Positions 18,147 through 28,147 of a DNA stretch of 64,000 nt are shown in pieces. The notes beneath the pieces were generated by a model. The model made no database searches. It was not told the origin of the DNA and was given only the letters and a program-made list of their open reading frames with translations. The stretch is from a virus (taxonomy: Duplodnaviria > Caudoviricetes): positions 1 through 64,000 of the IMG/VR virus record IMGVR_UViG_3300028591_000007; one strand, given 5' to 3'. Numbering within the stretch: the first letter of the stretch is position 1; each line of letters opens with the position of its first letter. Position numbers and translations under genes: made by a program.

Positions 18147-21077
18147 TTATTTTGCTTTAATAATTAAATCATTCATATCTGCAGTATACTTACCATCAAT
18201 ACCCATAGTTTTCAATAGATCTGGTATCAAATAGGAGAGATTCGGGTTAAAATCATCCTGCTTAACTGCCCATTGTTGAACATTTCTATGAAGGAATTTA
18301 TAAATTGCATTATAAATATCTTCATCTGAATACTGTTGTTTGCCATCATTAGTACGACGTTTCTTTAATGCATCATATTCTTCTTTAATATACTGTGCCG
18401 GTCTTGTCTGTGCAAATGATTTTAATGCTGATTGATATTCTTCATCTGTATCTCGGTCAATACCTTTATAAGTTTCACTATGTTCAGTTTTCTCAACAAG
18501 TTCTTCTCCAGTACTTCTGTTTAAACCTTCTATCATATTCATATTTTGTATCTGCTCAGGAAATACATGATCTCTAAAATCACCTTGTTTTAATATTTCT
18601 TGTGCTTTGGTTTCTTTCTTACCAACATCTGAATTACGATAATATACATCACTTATATAATTATAATCAAGAGTATTTTCTTTCATTAAATCGTTGGCCA
18701 TGCTTAAGAAATAATTATTAATTAAAGGCGTATATTCTTCTTTCGGCAACTCATACTTATTAATAAAGTCAGAAGTATACTTATCTATACCTTTCTGAAT
18801 TTCATCCATAAAACCAAATACTTCTTCATCTTTTGGTTTATCTTTCTGATTACTGCTTATAGTTCTAATATTTTTCATTTTAGGATATTTCTTATAAGCA
18901 TCATACATTACATTAAATAAATAATCCTTACCTTCTTTAGAACCTTCAGGTGTTTCTTTCATAGTATCAGTAAAACGAGAACTATAACTCATATAACCGG
19001 GAACTTGATGAAAATCTTCTCTTATCTTTTTATGTGTATTCCACTTATCAGACTCTGCTTTCTTCTGAGCTTCTTCAGCTGCTTTATTCTTTTCAAAAGT
19101 ATCTTTCTGCTGTTTCTCAAGATCTTCTTTTTCATGAGCTTTCTTAGCTAAATCTTCATACATACTTGCATTCTTTGTTTTAAGATTAGCTCCGCCAGTA
19201 GAAGATGCTTTTTTACTTTGTCCCTGTCCATCCTGATAAGCATCCCACTCGGCCTTGGTATAGAAATATCTTGTAGTGCCATTGGGGAGATCGATCTTAT
19301 TATAGTACTTGTAGTTACCAGCATGAACTAAGATCCCCTCTTTTTCAAGGTCTTTCTCATAACGAGCATTAAGATCAGTAGGTGAGATGAATGTAGAATG
19401 AGCTATACGGTTCATCTCTTTACCTCTCTTAACCTTCTCCTGGAATACGGAATACTCATCCATGATTTCGTCGCCCATGTTTGAGTTTGTTATGAGAGCT
19501 TTACCTGATGTTGAATGCTTTGCTGTATTATTTTCTTTTTTATTGCCTTTGTAATACTTATCAATAAATTCCTGAATCTGTTTATTGACATGAGTTTCTT
19601 TACCATATTCATTAGTATCTCTTGTAATATCATAAAGTAAAGCATTAAATTCTAACCATTTAGCTGCATTTTTACCATATTCAGGATCATTCATAAGATC
19701 TTCTAAAGCATCAAGAGTGGCCTTAATTTCTTTCTCATATTCATTTCTTTCCATTTGATTAATTTGACGACCTAATTCTTGCGCTTTTCTCATCTTATCA
19801 ATATTTTTGTAATCATTAGTGCCACCGTTCTTATCAATTTCATCATAAAGAGCAAGATGTTCTTCAATTAAAGCCATTCTATCAGCTTCATCTTTCTTTT
19901 TATCTTCATCAGAATAATACTCAGCTGCTTTCTCTTGTACAAGCTTATCAATTTCATGAGGTTTAAGTTTAGAACTTTTACCAATTGCCATTTTAATATC
20001 ATCAATAGCAGACTTATTATAAACAGATAATTTTTCAGCAGCTAATTCATTAGATTCATCATAAAGTTTCTTATTTTCTTTCTTAACTTCATCTAATTGT
20101 CTATCCTGTTCTGCTTTCTGGCTTTTCTTAATAGCTTCTTCTCTAGAATTTTGATTTGCTTTAAGATTTTCTTTTACTTTTTCAGCTTTTTGATACATTG
20201 ATTCAATTTCATCAACCATTATTTTAGCTATAGCATCTTTAGTCTTTTTTCCAGAACCAGCTGCTGTGTCTACATCCTTAACAAATTTTTCAAGCTGATC
20301 AGAATATGACTCTATTTCATCTTTAATATTTTCATAATCTGAATCACTTGCATTTTCACCCATTTCAAACCTTCCATTTTTCCAAATAATTATACCTTTT
20401 CTAAATCCATCATCAATTTTATTATAGAAAGTTTTAATTTTGGTATTGTCATCATTAATTATTTCTTTTGCTGCAGCTTCAGGACTCTGTCTAGCAATGT
20501 CCGAAAATTTCTTTGTAAAATCAGCCTGTAAATTATTTTCTTTAGTATTCGAAGATGTATTTGTTACATTCTGTTTATTCTTATAATTTTCAATCTTTTT
20601 ATTTGTTTCATATGCGGATCTTGCCTGAGCTTCTCTGTTAGCATCTGCAGCATTTCCATTAGCATGAGCCGCATCATATTCCTCTTTGGTATAGTAATAT
20701 CTATACTTACCAGGCTGACCTTCACGCTTATAGTACTTAGCATTCGGGTTCTGCTGACCATATAAAGGATTCTGAGCATGAATCAATGTATGAGAGTTCA
20801 TAAGCTGGTCATAGTTCATCTTGTTAAGCTCTTCGGGTGAGATGTATGATTTGTGTGCTAACCTATTAGCTTCCTTACCTGCAGCAACCTTCTGCCTAAA
20901 TTTATAAAGTTCATTATCCAATCTTGACATTGTTTTATTTCCTCCTTGTGAAATATCTTTGTTTATGCCTGAGTGATGTATAGCGTTCTTCTCAGGATTC
21001 ATTATATTAGTATGTCCAAGTTTCCCCCATTTTGATTCGTAGTTAGCTATCATCTTGTTTATTTCATCTATCGTCAT
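18147..21077 (-). CDS. Large mosaic protein with two KYY/RYxYT modules; putative virion-packaged polyprotein
   Basis: RBS before MTIDE (21077) and a second AGGAGG-led in-frame ATG at 20930; internal duplication; repeated xxH(S/A) motifs. Confidence 0.8.
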   Translation of the reverse strand: MTIDEINKMIANYESKWGKLGHTNIMNPEKNAIHHSGINKDISQGGNKTMSRLDNELYKFRQKVAAGKEANRLAHKSYISPEELNKMNYDQLMNSHTLIHAQNPLYGQQNPNAKYYKREGQPGKYRYYYTKEEYDAAHANGNAADANREAQARSAYETNKKIENYKNKQNVTNTSSNTKENNLQADFTKKFSDIARQSPEAAAKEIINDDNTKIKTFYNKIDDGFRKGIIIWKNGRFEMGENASDSDYENIKDEIESYSDQLEKFVKDVDTAAGSGKKTKDAIAKIMVDEIESMYQKAEKVKENLKANQNSREEAIKKSQKAEQDRQLDEVKKENKKLYDESNELAAEKLSVYNKSAIDDIKMAIGKSSKLKPHEIDKLVQEKAAEYYSDEDKKKDEADRMALIEEHLALYDEIDKNGGTNDYKNIDKMRKAQELGRQINQMERNEYEKEIKATLDALEDLMNDPEYGKNAAKWLEFNALLYDITRDTNEYGKETHVNKQIQEFIDKYYKGNKKENNTAKHSTSGKALITNSNMGDEIMDEYSVFQEKVKRGKEMNRIAHSTFISPTDLNARYEKDLEKEGILVHAGNYKYYNKIDLPNGTTRYFYTKAEWDAYQDGQGQSKKASSTGGANLKTKNASMYEDLAKKAHEKEDLEKQQKDTFEKNKAAEEAQKKAESDKWNTHKKIREDFHQVPGYMSYSSRFTDTMKETPEGSKEGKDYLFNVMYDAYKKYPKMKNIRTISSNQKDKPKDEEVFGFMDEIQKGIDKYTSDFINKYELPKEEYTPLINNYFLSMANDLMKENTLDYNYISDVYYRNSDVGKKETKAQEILKQGDFRDHVFPEQIQNMNMIEGLNRSTGEELVEKTEHSETYKGIDRDTDEEYQSALKSFAQTRPAQYIKEEYDALKKRRTNDGKQQYSDEDIYNAIYKFLHRNVQQWAVKQDDFNPNLSYLIPDLLKTMGIDGKYTADMNDLIIKAK

Positions 21078-21096
21078 ATTGAGGGCTCCTTTCTTT

Positions 21097-23364
21097 TTAT
21101 TTCTTAAGTTTATTAATCTCAGCATTGATACGATCCCAGTCTGCTTGAGTCATTGAAGATAATTCTTTTGAACTCATATCCAGATTCTGTATTGCTTGAT
21201 TTAAGAAATCCCAACCATCTCCATTACCACAAGATGAATCAAGTTTCTTAACAATATCTTTAGCTTCTTTATAATTCTTCTTTGTTGCATCGCTTGGAGT
21301 ACTTGAAGATCCTTCAGAAGCAGCATATAAATGCCAATAAGAATTATTATCAGAATCATTTTGTTCAAGTTTCCTATCAACTATTTCTTTCAAATACTTT
21401 TCATTTACATTTGTTAAAACAGGATTCTTTTTGAGTGTAGTTATTCCTTCATCTAATGAATCTTTTTTAACATGCAATTTTTCATATAAATTTTCAAGTT
21501 CATCGCCTTTTACACCTTTTTCCATTGTTGCATATAGGTATTCGGCAGTATTATCTCCTTGATTACCATCTTCATAAACATAGAACCATGCATTATTAGC
21601 TAAGTCTTCCATTGTAGGATTAGGGTAATATCCATATTCTTTCATATTAGTTATACCAGCAATTGCAAGGTTTCTGATTTCTTTATCATCAAAATCATTA
21701 AATATTTCTTCAGTTCTATTTAATGCTTCAGCAGATCTCTTTTTATCATTTGCTGCTATTTCGTCAAATAAGTCTTTATATTTTTCATCTTTTAACAGAT
21801 TATTTATAATATCTCTTCTTTTGCTCCAATCAGCATTCTCTAATTCTTTTTCAAGTTTCTCAGCTTCTTTAGTAGCTTTCTTAATATCTTTATCTGTTAA
21901 TTTACGATATTTAGGATCGGGAGAGTATTTTCTTAAATAATCAAGAGGATTCTCTTTATATTTTATGTATTCGGCATCAACATCACCCCATTCTCCTGTA
22001 GTATCATAAGCTTCTTTTATGGTTTCAGCAAAGTCTTTATCATAGTTTTCACTTAAATACTTCTCAGCTTTCTCTTTATCTTTCCAATATTTCTTATCAT
22101 CAAAATTACCATCTTTATCCATATAATCAGCATCAGTTTTATTCTCAAATATCTTTTTGCTGTCTGGTGAAGAACCTATTTTCTGATCTTGTGGACCATC
22201 ATCATATATGTCATTAATCATAGAACCTGGATGATGTGCTGCACTATTTAAATAAGGTGAAATACCCATTTCTTCAGCTTCATCACCCAATAAGTCCATA
22301 TCTTTTATTTTATTCAAATATTTTTCAACATAATCTTTTGAATAGCCTTTTCTATAGAAATCAACAACTTGAGGATAACCATCGGTCTGATCTTCTTCCA
22401 TAAACCACATTCTACCTCCCCAATAATCGCCTGGTTCAGCATCGTTTCCTAATGTATTATTTTGTTTCATTCTATATAAACCTAAGTCAGCTATTTCGTC
22501 ATAGTCTTCTTGTGATAAATCTTCTACATCAACAAAAGAATCCTTTGTTATTTTATCGAATTCTTCATCTGTAATATCTTTGCCTTTAAGTTCGTGAACA
22601 ACTTTTATACTGTCATCAAGATTCTTAAGATTAGTCATTAGTTGTTCTTTTTCAGCCGCTTTCTTTTCTTTATCAAAGTTTCTAGCATTATTGCCAGTAG
22701 CTTTATTATACATATCAACGTCTATTACATTAGTTATATTCCAGAATTTAGGATGTTTTGTGTATCTCTTTAATAATTTTTCACCCTTTTTGGTTAATGT
22801 TCCATCAGGATTTTGATAATCGGTATTATACCAACCACCATTACCAGTAGGATGTGTTGATCCAACTTTCTGTTTGTTGCTTCCAATCTTATATATCCTA
22901 TCCAAATCACTTACTAATTCATTAGGGTCGTCATAAAAATCTTTCAGTTGATTCTTATACATCTTTTCTCTTTGCTTGTCGACTCTCTTTGCATCTTTTA
23001 ATAATTGCTTGTCGGCAGCTTTATTATTATCACGATACCACTTATTAAGATCACCGTGTGTTCTTTTCTTTAACATCTTATTACGGAACTTGAGATATTC
23101 TTTTACATCGGATCTAGCACTTCCAATTTTATCTTCTTCTGTGGAAGTAGTTTGGGAAGACTTACCGAAATATCTTTCTTTACCCGCTTCGTTAAATGTT
23201 CCGTCATAGTTCTGCCACTTACGAACTCCCCATTTCTGGCCAAGCGTTCCATAATGTTTCAGTTCACTAAGATCTTCTTGTATCTTTTCTTGTTCTTCTT
23301 GTTGAATTATTTCTTTAGTCTTATGAAACAATTCAAGATTATTATAGAAATCATAACGATTCAT
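21097..23364 (-). CDS. HYGxxGQKWGVR-module protein, putative virion-packaged effector
   Basis: LKHYGTLGQKWGVRKWQNYDG; RBS before MNRYDF. Confidence 0.8.
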   Translation of the reverse strand: MNRYDFYNNLELFHKTKEIIQQEEQEKIQEDLSELKHYGTLGQKWGVRKWQNYDGTFNEAGKERYFGKSSQTTSTEEDKIGSARSDVKEYLKFRNKMLKKRTHGDLNKWYRDNNKAADKQLLKDAKRVDKQREKMYKNQLKDFYDDPNELVSDLDRIYKIGSNKQKVGSTHPTGNGGWYNTDYQNPDGTLTKKGEKLLKRYTKHPKFWNITNVIDVDMYNKATGNNARNFDKEKKAAEKEQLMTNLKNLDDSIKVVHELKGKDITDEEFDKITKDSFVDVEDLSQEDYDEIADLGLYRMKQNNTLGNDAEPGDYWGGRMWFMEEDQTDGYPQVVDFYRKGYSKDYVEKYLNKIKDMDLLGDEAEEMGISPYLNSAAHHPGSMINDIYDDGPQDQKIGSSPDSKKIFENKTDADYMDKDGNFDDKKYWKDKEKAEKYLSENYDKDFAETIKEAYDTTGEWGDVDAEYIKYKENPLDYLRKYSPDPKYRKLTDKDIKKATKEAEKLEKELENADWSKRRDIINNLLKDEKYKDLFDEIAANDKKRSAEALNRTEEIFNDFDDKEIRNLAIAGITNMKEYGYYPNPTMEDLANNAWFYVYEDGNQGDNTAEYLYATMEKGVKGDELENLYEKLHVKKDSLDEGITTLKKNPVLTNVNEKYLKEIVDRKLEQNDSDNNSYWHLYAASEGSSSTPSDATKKNYKEAKDIVKKLDSSCGNGDGWDFLNQAIQNLDMSSKELSSMTQADWDRINAEINKLKK

Positions 23365-23441
23365 TATATATACTCCTTTCATAAGAGTAAAAGAGGGTAC
23401 CTAGTTTTTAGATACCCCCTATTTTGATTTGTCGATTTGGT

Positions 23442-24701
23442 TTATTTTTGATTAATTTGATCAAAAGCGTATTTACCATTTTCTAAAACATAAGCAATTT
23501 TATCCCAATCAGATGCAGACCATGTTTTAGACTTACCTTCAATACCAAGTTCTTTTGCAGTACTTTTAATATCAAACCATGATATTGTTGTAGCAATTGC
23601 ACCACCAATTATACCAAACAATAACCAATCAACCCAATTTCCTTTTGTAGCTGCTTTCCATGCTCTATTTGTAGCATTTTTAAGTTCTCTCTTTTCAGCT
23701 TTAGTCATATTCTTACGTTCAGGTGTTGACATGGTTGTTGCTTCACGCATTTCTTTTGCTGTCTTTTCAGTTTCATCAGCAAGTTTCTCATCACCATCTT
23801 CACGGAATTTCTTAGCAGCATCTTCCATCTTATCAGCCGTTTCAGATCTACCTTTTTCATTCTTTTTAGTGAATAGATCAGTATCGGTTTCTTCTTTAGC
23901 TTTATTAGATCCAGGTTGACTGCCAAATTTGCCTTCGAAACGTAAAGTATATTGCTCTCCAGAATCTAATTTTGTAGATTCTATAAAACCATATGCTGTT
24001 GCAGCATTTATAACATGACGTAATTTTTTATCTTCAATACTATTAATTTCATTATATATATCTTGAGGTGTTTCACCATTAGGAGCACCATATAAAGAAA
24101 CTATATACCGTTTAATATAATCTGATATTTCGTCTCTATGTTCTTTTGCTATAGCCATATCTTTGTCATTTAGTATTGTTCGAAAAGCTTTTTCTTTATT
24201 TTCGAAAAATTTAGAATCATTATTTGTATTCATAAATTTATTTAAATCATCTTGTCCGATTACTTTGCTAACAACAATAGGTTCGGGAACAGTTTTTTCA
24301 TAAAGATCCATATTAATTAAATCATTAATTTTATTTGCAGCTTTTTCATTACCATTTCTATATTTATTTAATAATTTTTTACCTTTTTTAGTTAAAGTTC
24401 CATCAAGATTTTGATAAAGAAGACTTCCAATTCCTTTTTCTCTAGCTTGTCTAGTTTCTTCAATAGCATTACGAACTGCTATGTCAGCACTTGTATCAAA
24501 GAATCCGCCAACTTTCTGATCTTCCATAGCTTTCTGAGATCCAAAATATCTAATCTTGCCTTCTTCATTAAAGGTTCCATCAGGATTTTGCCATCTTCTC
24601 CGACCCCATTTCTGGCCTAAGATACCATAATGCTCTAAGAATGTACTATGGTCTTCACCCTTGTATTTGTCAAGGTTTGCAAGAAATTCTATTCTATTCA
24701 T
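23442..24701 (-). CDS. HYGxxGQKWG-module protein with a C-terminal hydrophobic segment
   Basis: LEHYGILGQKWGRRRWQNPDG. Confidence 0.8.
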   Translation of the reverse strand: MNRIEFLANLDKYKGEDHSTFLEHYGILGQKWGRRRWQNPDGTFNEEGKIRYFGSQKAMEDQKVGGFFDTSADIAVRNAIEETRQAREKGIGSLLYQNLDGTLTKKGKKLLNKYRNGNEKAANKINDLINMDLYEKTVPEPIVVSKVIGQDDLNKFMNTNNDSKFFENKEKAFRTILNDKDMAIAKEHRDEISDYIKRYIVSLYGAPNGETPQDIYNEINSIEDKKLRHVINAATAYGFIESTKLDSGEQYTLRFEGKFGSQPGSNKAKEETDTDLFTKKNEKGRSETADKMEDAAKKFREDGDEKLADETEKTAKEMREATTMSTPERKNMTKAEKRELKNATNRAWKAATKGNWVDWLLFGIIGGAIATTISWFDIKSTAKELGIEGKSKTWSASDWDKIAYVLENGKYAFDQINQK

Positions 24702-24747
24702 TATTTGCCCCTTTCATAATATAATGGATACTAATACATCTGTTTTT

Positions 24748-25062
24748 TTAGATGGTATTAGATTCATCTTTGCTCCCTTCTTCATCAGGATATACTATAT
24801 CCGTATTGTGATATATCATATATTTTTCGTCTATCATTTGCTTAAACTTCTTTGGATTAGCAAATGGATTAGCGTTAACCACAATATTTCCAGGAAGTAA
24901 CTTGTAATATGGAACACCCATTGTATGAACTTCAGGATCTTCTTCAGCTCTTATAATTGTTCCATATTTTGTACTATCGTATATATGTGTTACTGTTAAT
25001 CTTGGAAATTTGGTATTAAACTGCTTTAATATCTTTTTAGCTTTAACTTCGTTCATGTTCAT
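24748..25062 (-). CDS. Small protein, candidate immunity partner
   Basis: 4-nt overlap with the papain-fold gene; resembles 26671-26928. Confidence 0.55.
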   Translation of the reverse strand: MNMNEVKAKKILKQFNTKFPRLTVTHIYDSTKYGTIIRAEEDPEVHTMGVPYYKLLPGNIVVNANPFANPKKFKQMIDEKYMIYHNTDIVYPDEEGSKDESNTI

Positions 25063-26666
25063 TGTACGATACCTCCCTTAATATTATTAAGAGATTTACT
25101 TAATTTCTTGGCAGCTTTCATCTTCTCAGCACCTTTGAATGTCTGGTTATCAAGTCTCTTATATCTTGATGTGAAGTTACTATACATTTCATATAAGTTT
25201 TTCATATAAGTTTCATCATAAACCATACCGTTCTGACAATCATAATATAAAACACTACCATCACTCTGTACTTCATAGAAGACACTATGACCAACTGTCT
25301 GATTAGGTCCAAGTGTTACTTCAAAGTTGAAATCACCATAACTTCCAGCTGGTTCCTTATTTATCTTTGAAGATGTTGCCTTATAATCATCATATGTTGT
25401 AAAGTCACCAGTCCAAAGTTTATTATAAGGTGTTCCAAGTTCTGGATCGTTTGTATTAACATCTTTACCGGTGAATAAATCATGCTCTGAATAAGCGCCA
25501 TCAAAGTCCTGTCCAGGTGTTACATCATAACCCTGTTTTCTTAATGCCATTGCCTGCGTACAAGCATAACAATTATTAGCATAACCTGTAGGACCTATTG
25601 TATTTAATACTTCAGGACCATATATTAACTGATAATCATATTCTTGATCTGATAAGTAATAACCAGGATTAACTATCTTCATTTCTTCTTCAGTAGTTAA
25701 TTCATAATTCTTAATCTTCAGACCATTTGTAGGATCAACTTCTTCTGTTTCTTTATTTTCAGCTATCCATTGATAAATATCTTGTATATCATTATCATTT
25801 TGTCTTAATCTAGCTGTTAATTCGCCAGAATTATAATCTTCTACTAACTGATTAAATTCCTCTTCTGTTGTATATGTTTCGTAATCAATAATATCTTCCA
25901 TAGTATTGAGAGGACTATTCTCATCTTCTCTCATTTTTTCAGAGTTTTCTTTAATTGTATCTGCATTAAGTAACTTGTAAGCATCTACATATTTACCCTG
26001 TTCTTTTAATTCATTAGCTTTTTTTGTATTAACTTCTAATGTAGTTTTCTTTAATTCTTCAGCGCCAGATACATTCTTAAGATCTGCTTTAATCTTATCC
26101 TGGATAGCTCTACGCTTACCAATATCTTTATACCACTGCTCATAACCAGTCATTCCAGCCTTACCAGCAGTTTCAGCTTTCTTTATTCTTTCTTGACGTT
26201 TCTTCTCAGCCCACTCTTCATAACCTTCCATACCAGCTCGTTTAATTGCTTTGTCTTTCTTTTCTGCTTCGACTACTTCCTTCATAAGTTTTTTAGCTTT
26301 CTCATTCTGAACATTAATATAAGGAAGATTATTTTCATTAATATCTTTTAAACTTGTAGGCTGCTTCTCAGGAAGTCTAATGGTTTTTCTAGCTTCTTCC
26401 TTCTTCCAGTCATTATAACCGGACATATCATTTCTCTTTTCAGCTTCTTGTTTAGCTTTCTTTTCTGCTTCGTATTTCTTTCTAGCTTCAGCTTCTTGAT
26501 AGGCATCCCATTCAGCTTTGGTATAGAAATATCTATATTCACCAGGTTTGCCTATACGATTATAATACTTTGTATTGTCCTGTTTACTACCATATAACTT
26601 ACTCTGTGCATGCGATAAGTTATTATGGTAATCATTCAGAGCATCAAACATTTCGTATTTGTTCAT
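25059..26666 (-). CDS. KYY-module protein with a C-terminal papain-fold (Tox-PL-like) domain
   Basis: NNCYACTQAMALRKQGYDV...GHSVFYE...YYDCQ (Cys-His-Asp). Confidence 0.75.
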   Translation of the reverse strand: MNKYEMFDALNDYHNNLSHAQSKLYGSKQDNTKYYNRIGKPGEYRYFYTKAEWDAYQEAEARKKYEAEKKAKQEAEKRNDMSGYNDWKKEEARKTIRLPEKQPTSLKDINENNLPYINVQNEKAKKLMKEVVEAEKKDKAIKRAGMEGYEEWAEKKRQERIKKAETAGKAGMTGYEQWYKDIGKRRAIQDKIKADLKNVSGAEELKKTTLEVNTKKANELKEQGKYVDAYKLLNADTIKENSEKMREDENSPLNTMEDIIDYETYTTEEEFNQLVEDYNSGELTARLRQNDNDIQDIYQWIAENKETEEVDPTNGLKIKNYELTTEEEMKIVNPGYYLSDQEYDYQLIYGPEVLNTIGPTGYANNCYACTQAMALRKQGYDVTPGQDFDGAYSEHDLFTGKDVNTNDPELGTPYNKLWTGDFTTYDDYKATSSKINKEPAGSYGDFNFEVTLGPNQTVGHSVFYEVQSDGSVLYYDCQNGMVYDETYMKNLYEMYSNFTSRYKRLDNQTFKGAEKMKAAKKLSKSLNNIKGGIVQ

Positions 26667-26670
26667 GGTA

Positions 26671-26928
26671 TCAACTCCTCTTGGTATATACTAGGAATTC
26701 AGGTTTCATTATCTTTTTTAACTTTGCTACATTGTCAATATATGAGATTCCAGCAATAGCTCCTTTAGCATAAATGTAATAAGGATCCATCTCCATCTCA
26801 TATTCATCAGGATTCTTTGCTGCAAGTATAAGACATGAATTATCTTTATTCCATATTTTTACTACTGTCTTTTCAGGTCTGTATTTTTTCATAGCTTCAA
26901 CAGCCTGTCCTACTAAATCGTTGCCCAT
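26671..26928 (-). CDS. Small protein, candidate immunity partner
   Basis: P..TV..I...I.A..(N/D)P...PYY shared with 24748-25062. Confidence 0.55.
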   Translation of the reverse strand: MGNDLVGQAVEAMKKYRPEKTVVKIWNKDNSCLILAAKNPDEYEMEMDPYYIYAKGAIAGISYIDNVAKLKKIMKPEFLVYTKRS

Positions 26929-27081
26929 AATATTCCTTTCTAGGGGAAATGCAGTTTCCTGGTTTGTAGGAAAGTGATTTCTCCATATTATCTCCTTTCA
27001 AATGGTGTACCGCAGTTTCCTGTTTTGTAGGAAAGTGAGGGTCCATTTTGATTATCCTCCTTGTCTCCTTTTAGTTACTAC

Positions 27082-28116
27082 CTATTTAAATAAAATATCT
27101 GTTAGAATAGTAGAAAACCCATATCCATCAGTTGCTTTTAAATAATCATTATATGCCTTATCTAAATATGTCATTCTACCACCCTTGCCGTCATCAACTG
27201 AAAATTTTCCGAAACCTTTATTTTCAAAGTTTTTATATGCAACATACTTATCAATCTGTTTCGGGAGCTCTTTTAATGCTGTACTAAACTTACCATTAGT
27301 TTTTTCATCAATGAAGTTAAATGCTTTCTTACCAGTATCATATATTTTTGAAAATATCTCGAAACATGCTTCAGGATTATCTATAATAAATCCTATAGCA
27401 CCAACTCCAGCTGCTATTGGTAAATAAAGTTTCCAATTAATATTACCATCTTTATCTTTAAATACTGGATTTATTTTATCTTTGAAATTTTGATACATAT
27501 CAGATAATTCTTTAGAGTATTCATCTATTTTATCTTGAAGTTTATCGGTTACTTTATCTATTAAACCGACTATATTATCTAATTGTTCACTGCTAGTATC
27601 ATCAATCTTTTTAACAATATCCTCAGCATAATCTTTTATTTCATTTATTATCTTTTTTACTTTATCCTTAAATTCAGGAGGAAAATCCTCAACAAATTTA
27701 TCTAAAAAACTACTTAATTTGTCATCAGCTAATTTTAAATAAGTATCAGCTTTTTTAATAATTTCGTCTTTATGTTCATATAATTTATTTGAAATATCTT
27801 TTGTTTTGTTATTACTATTATTCTTTTGAGCTTTCTTAATAGCAGCTTCTCTATTAGCAATAGATTGTTCAGCAAGACTTTTAATAGGTTTCTTAAATCT
27901 ATCACCTTCATGTTCTGAAGCAGACTTATTCTTTTCAAAAGTTTCTTTCTTTTTGTCTTTCTGATAAGCTTCCCATTCTTGTCTAGAATAGAAATACCTT
28001 GAAGAACCGTCGGGATAATATTTATCAAGTTTTGTGTAATATTTATCACCATATTTAGATGAATGTTGCAATGATTTAAATTTGTTTAAATTATCATAAA
28101 AATCATAACGATTCAT
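27082..28116 (-). CDS. KYY-module helical protein with a hydrophobic segment
   Basis: LQHSS..KYY...RYFYSRQEWEAY; RBS before MNRYDF. Confidence 0.8.
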   Translation of the reverse strand: MNRYDFYDNLNKFKSLQHSSKYGDKYYTKLDKYYPDGSSRYFYSRQEWEAYQKDKKKETFEKNKSASEHEGDRFKKPIKSLAEQSIANREAAIKKAQKNNSNNKTKDISNKLYEHKDEIIKKADTYLKLADDKLSSFLDKFVEDFPPEFKDKVKKIINEIKDYAEDIVKKIDDTSSEQLDNIVGLIDKVTDKLQDKIDEYSKELSDMYQNFKDKINPVFKDKDGNINWKLYLPIAAGVGAIGFIIDNPEACFEIFSKIYDTGKKAFNFIDEKTNGKFSTALKELPKQIDKYVAYKNFENKGFGKFSVDDGKGGRMTYLDKAYNDYLKATDGYGFSTILTDILFK

Positions 28117-28147
28117 ATAAACCTCCTTATTACCTACCCATTTTGAA

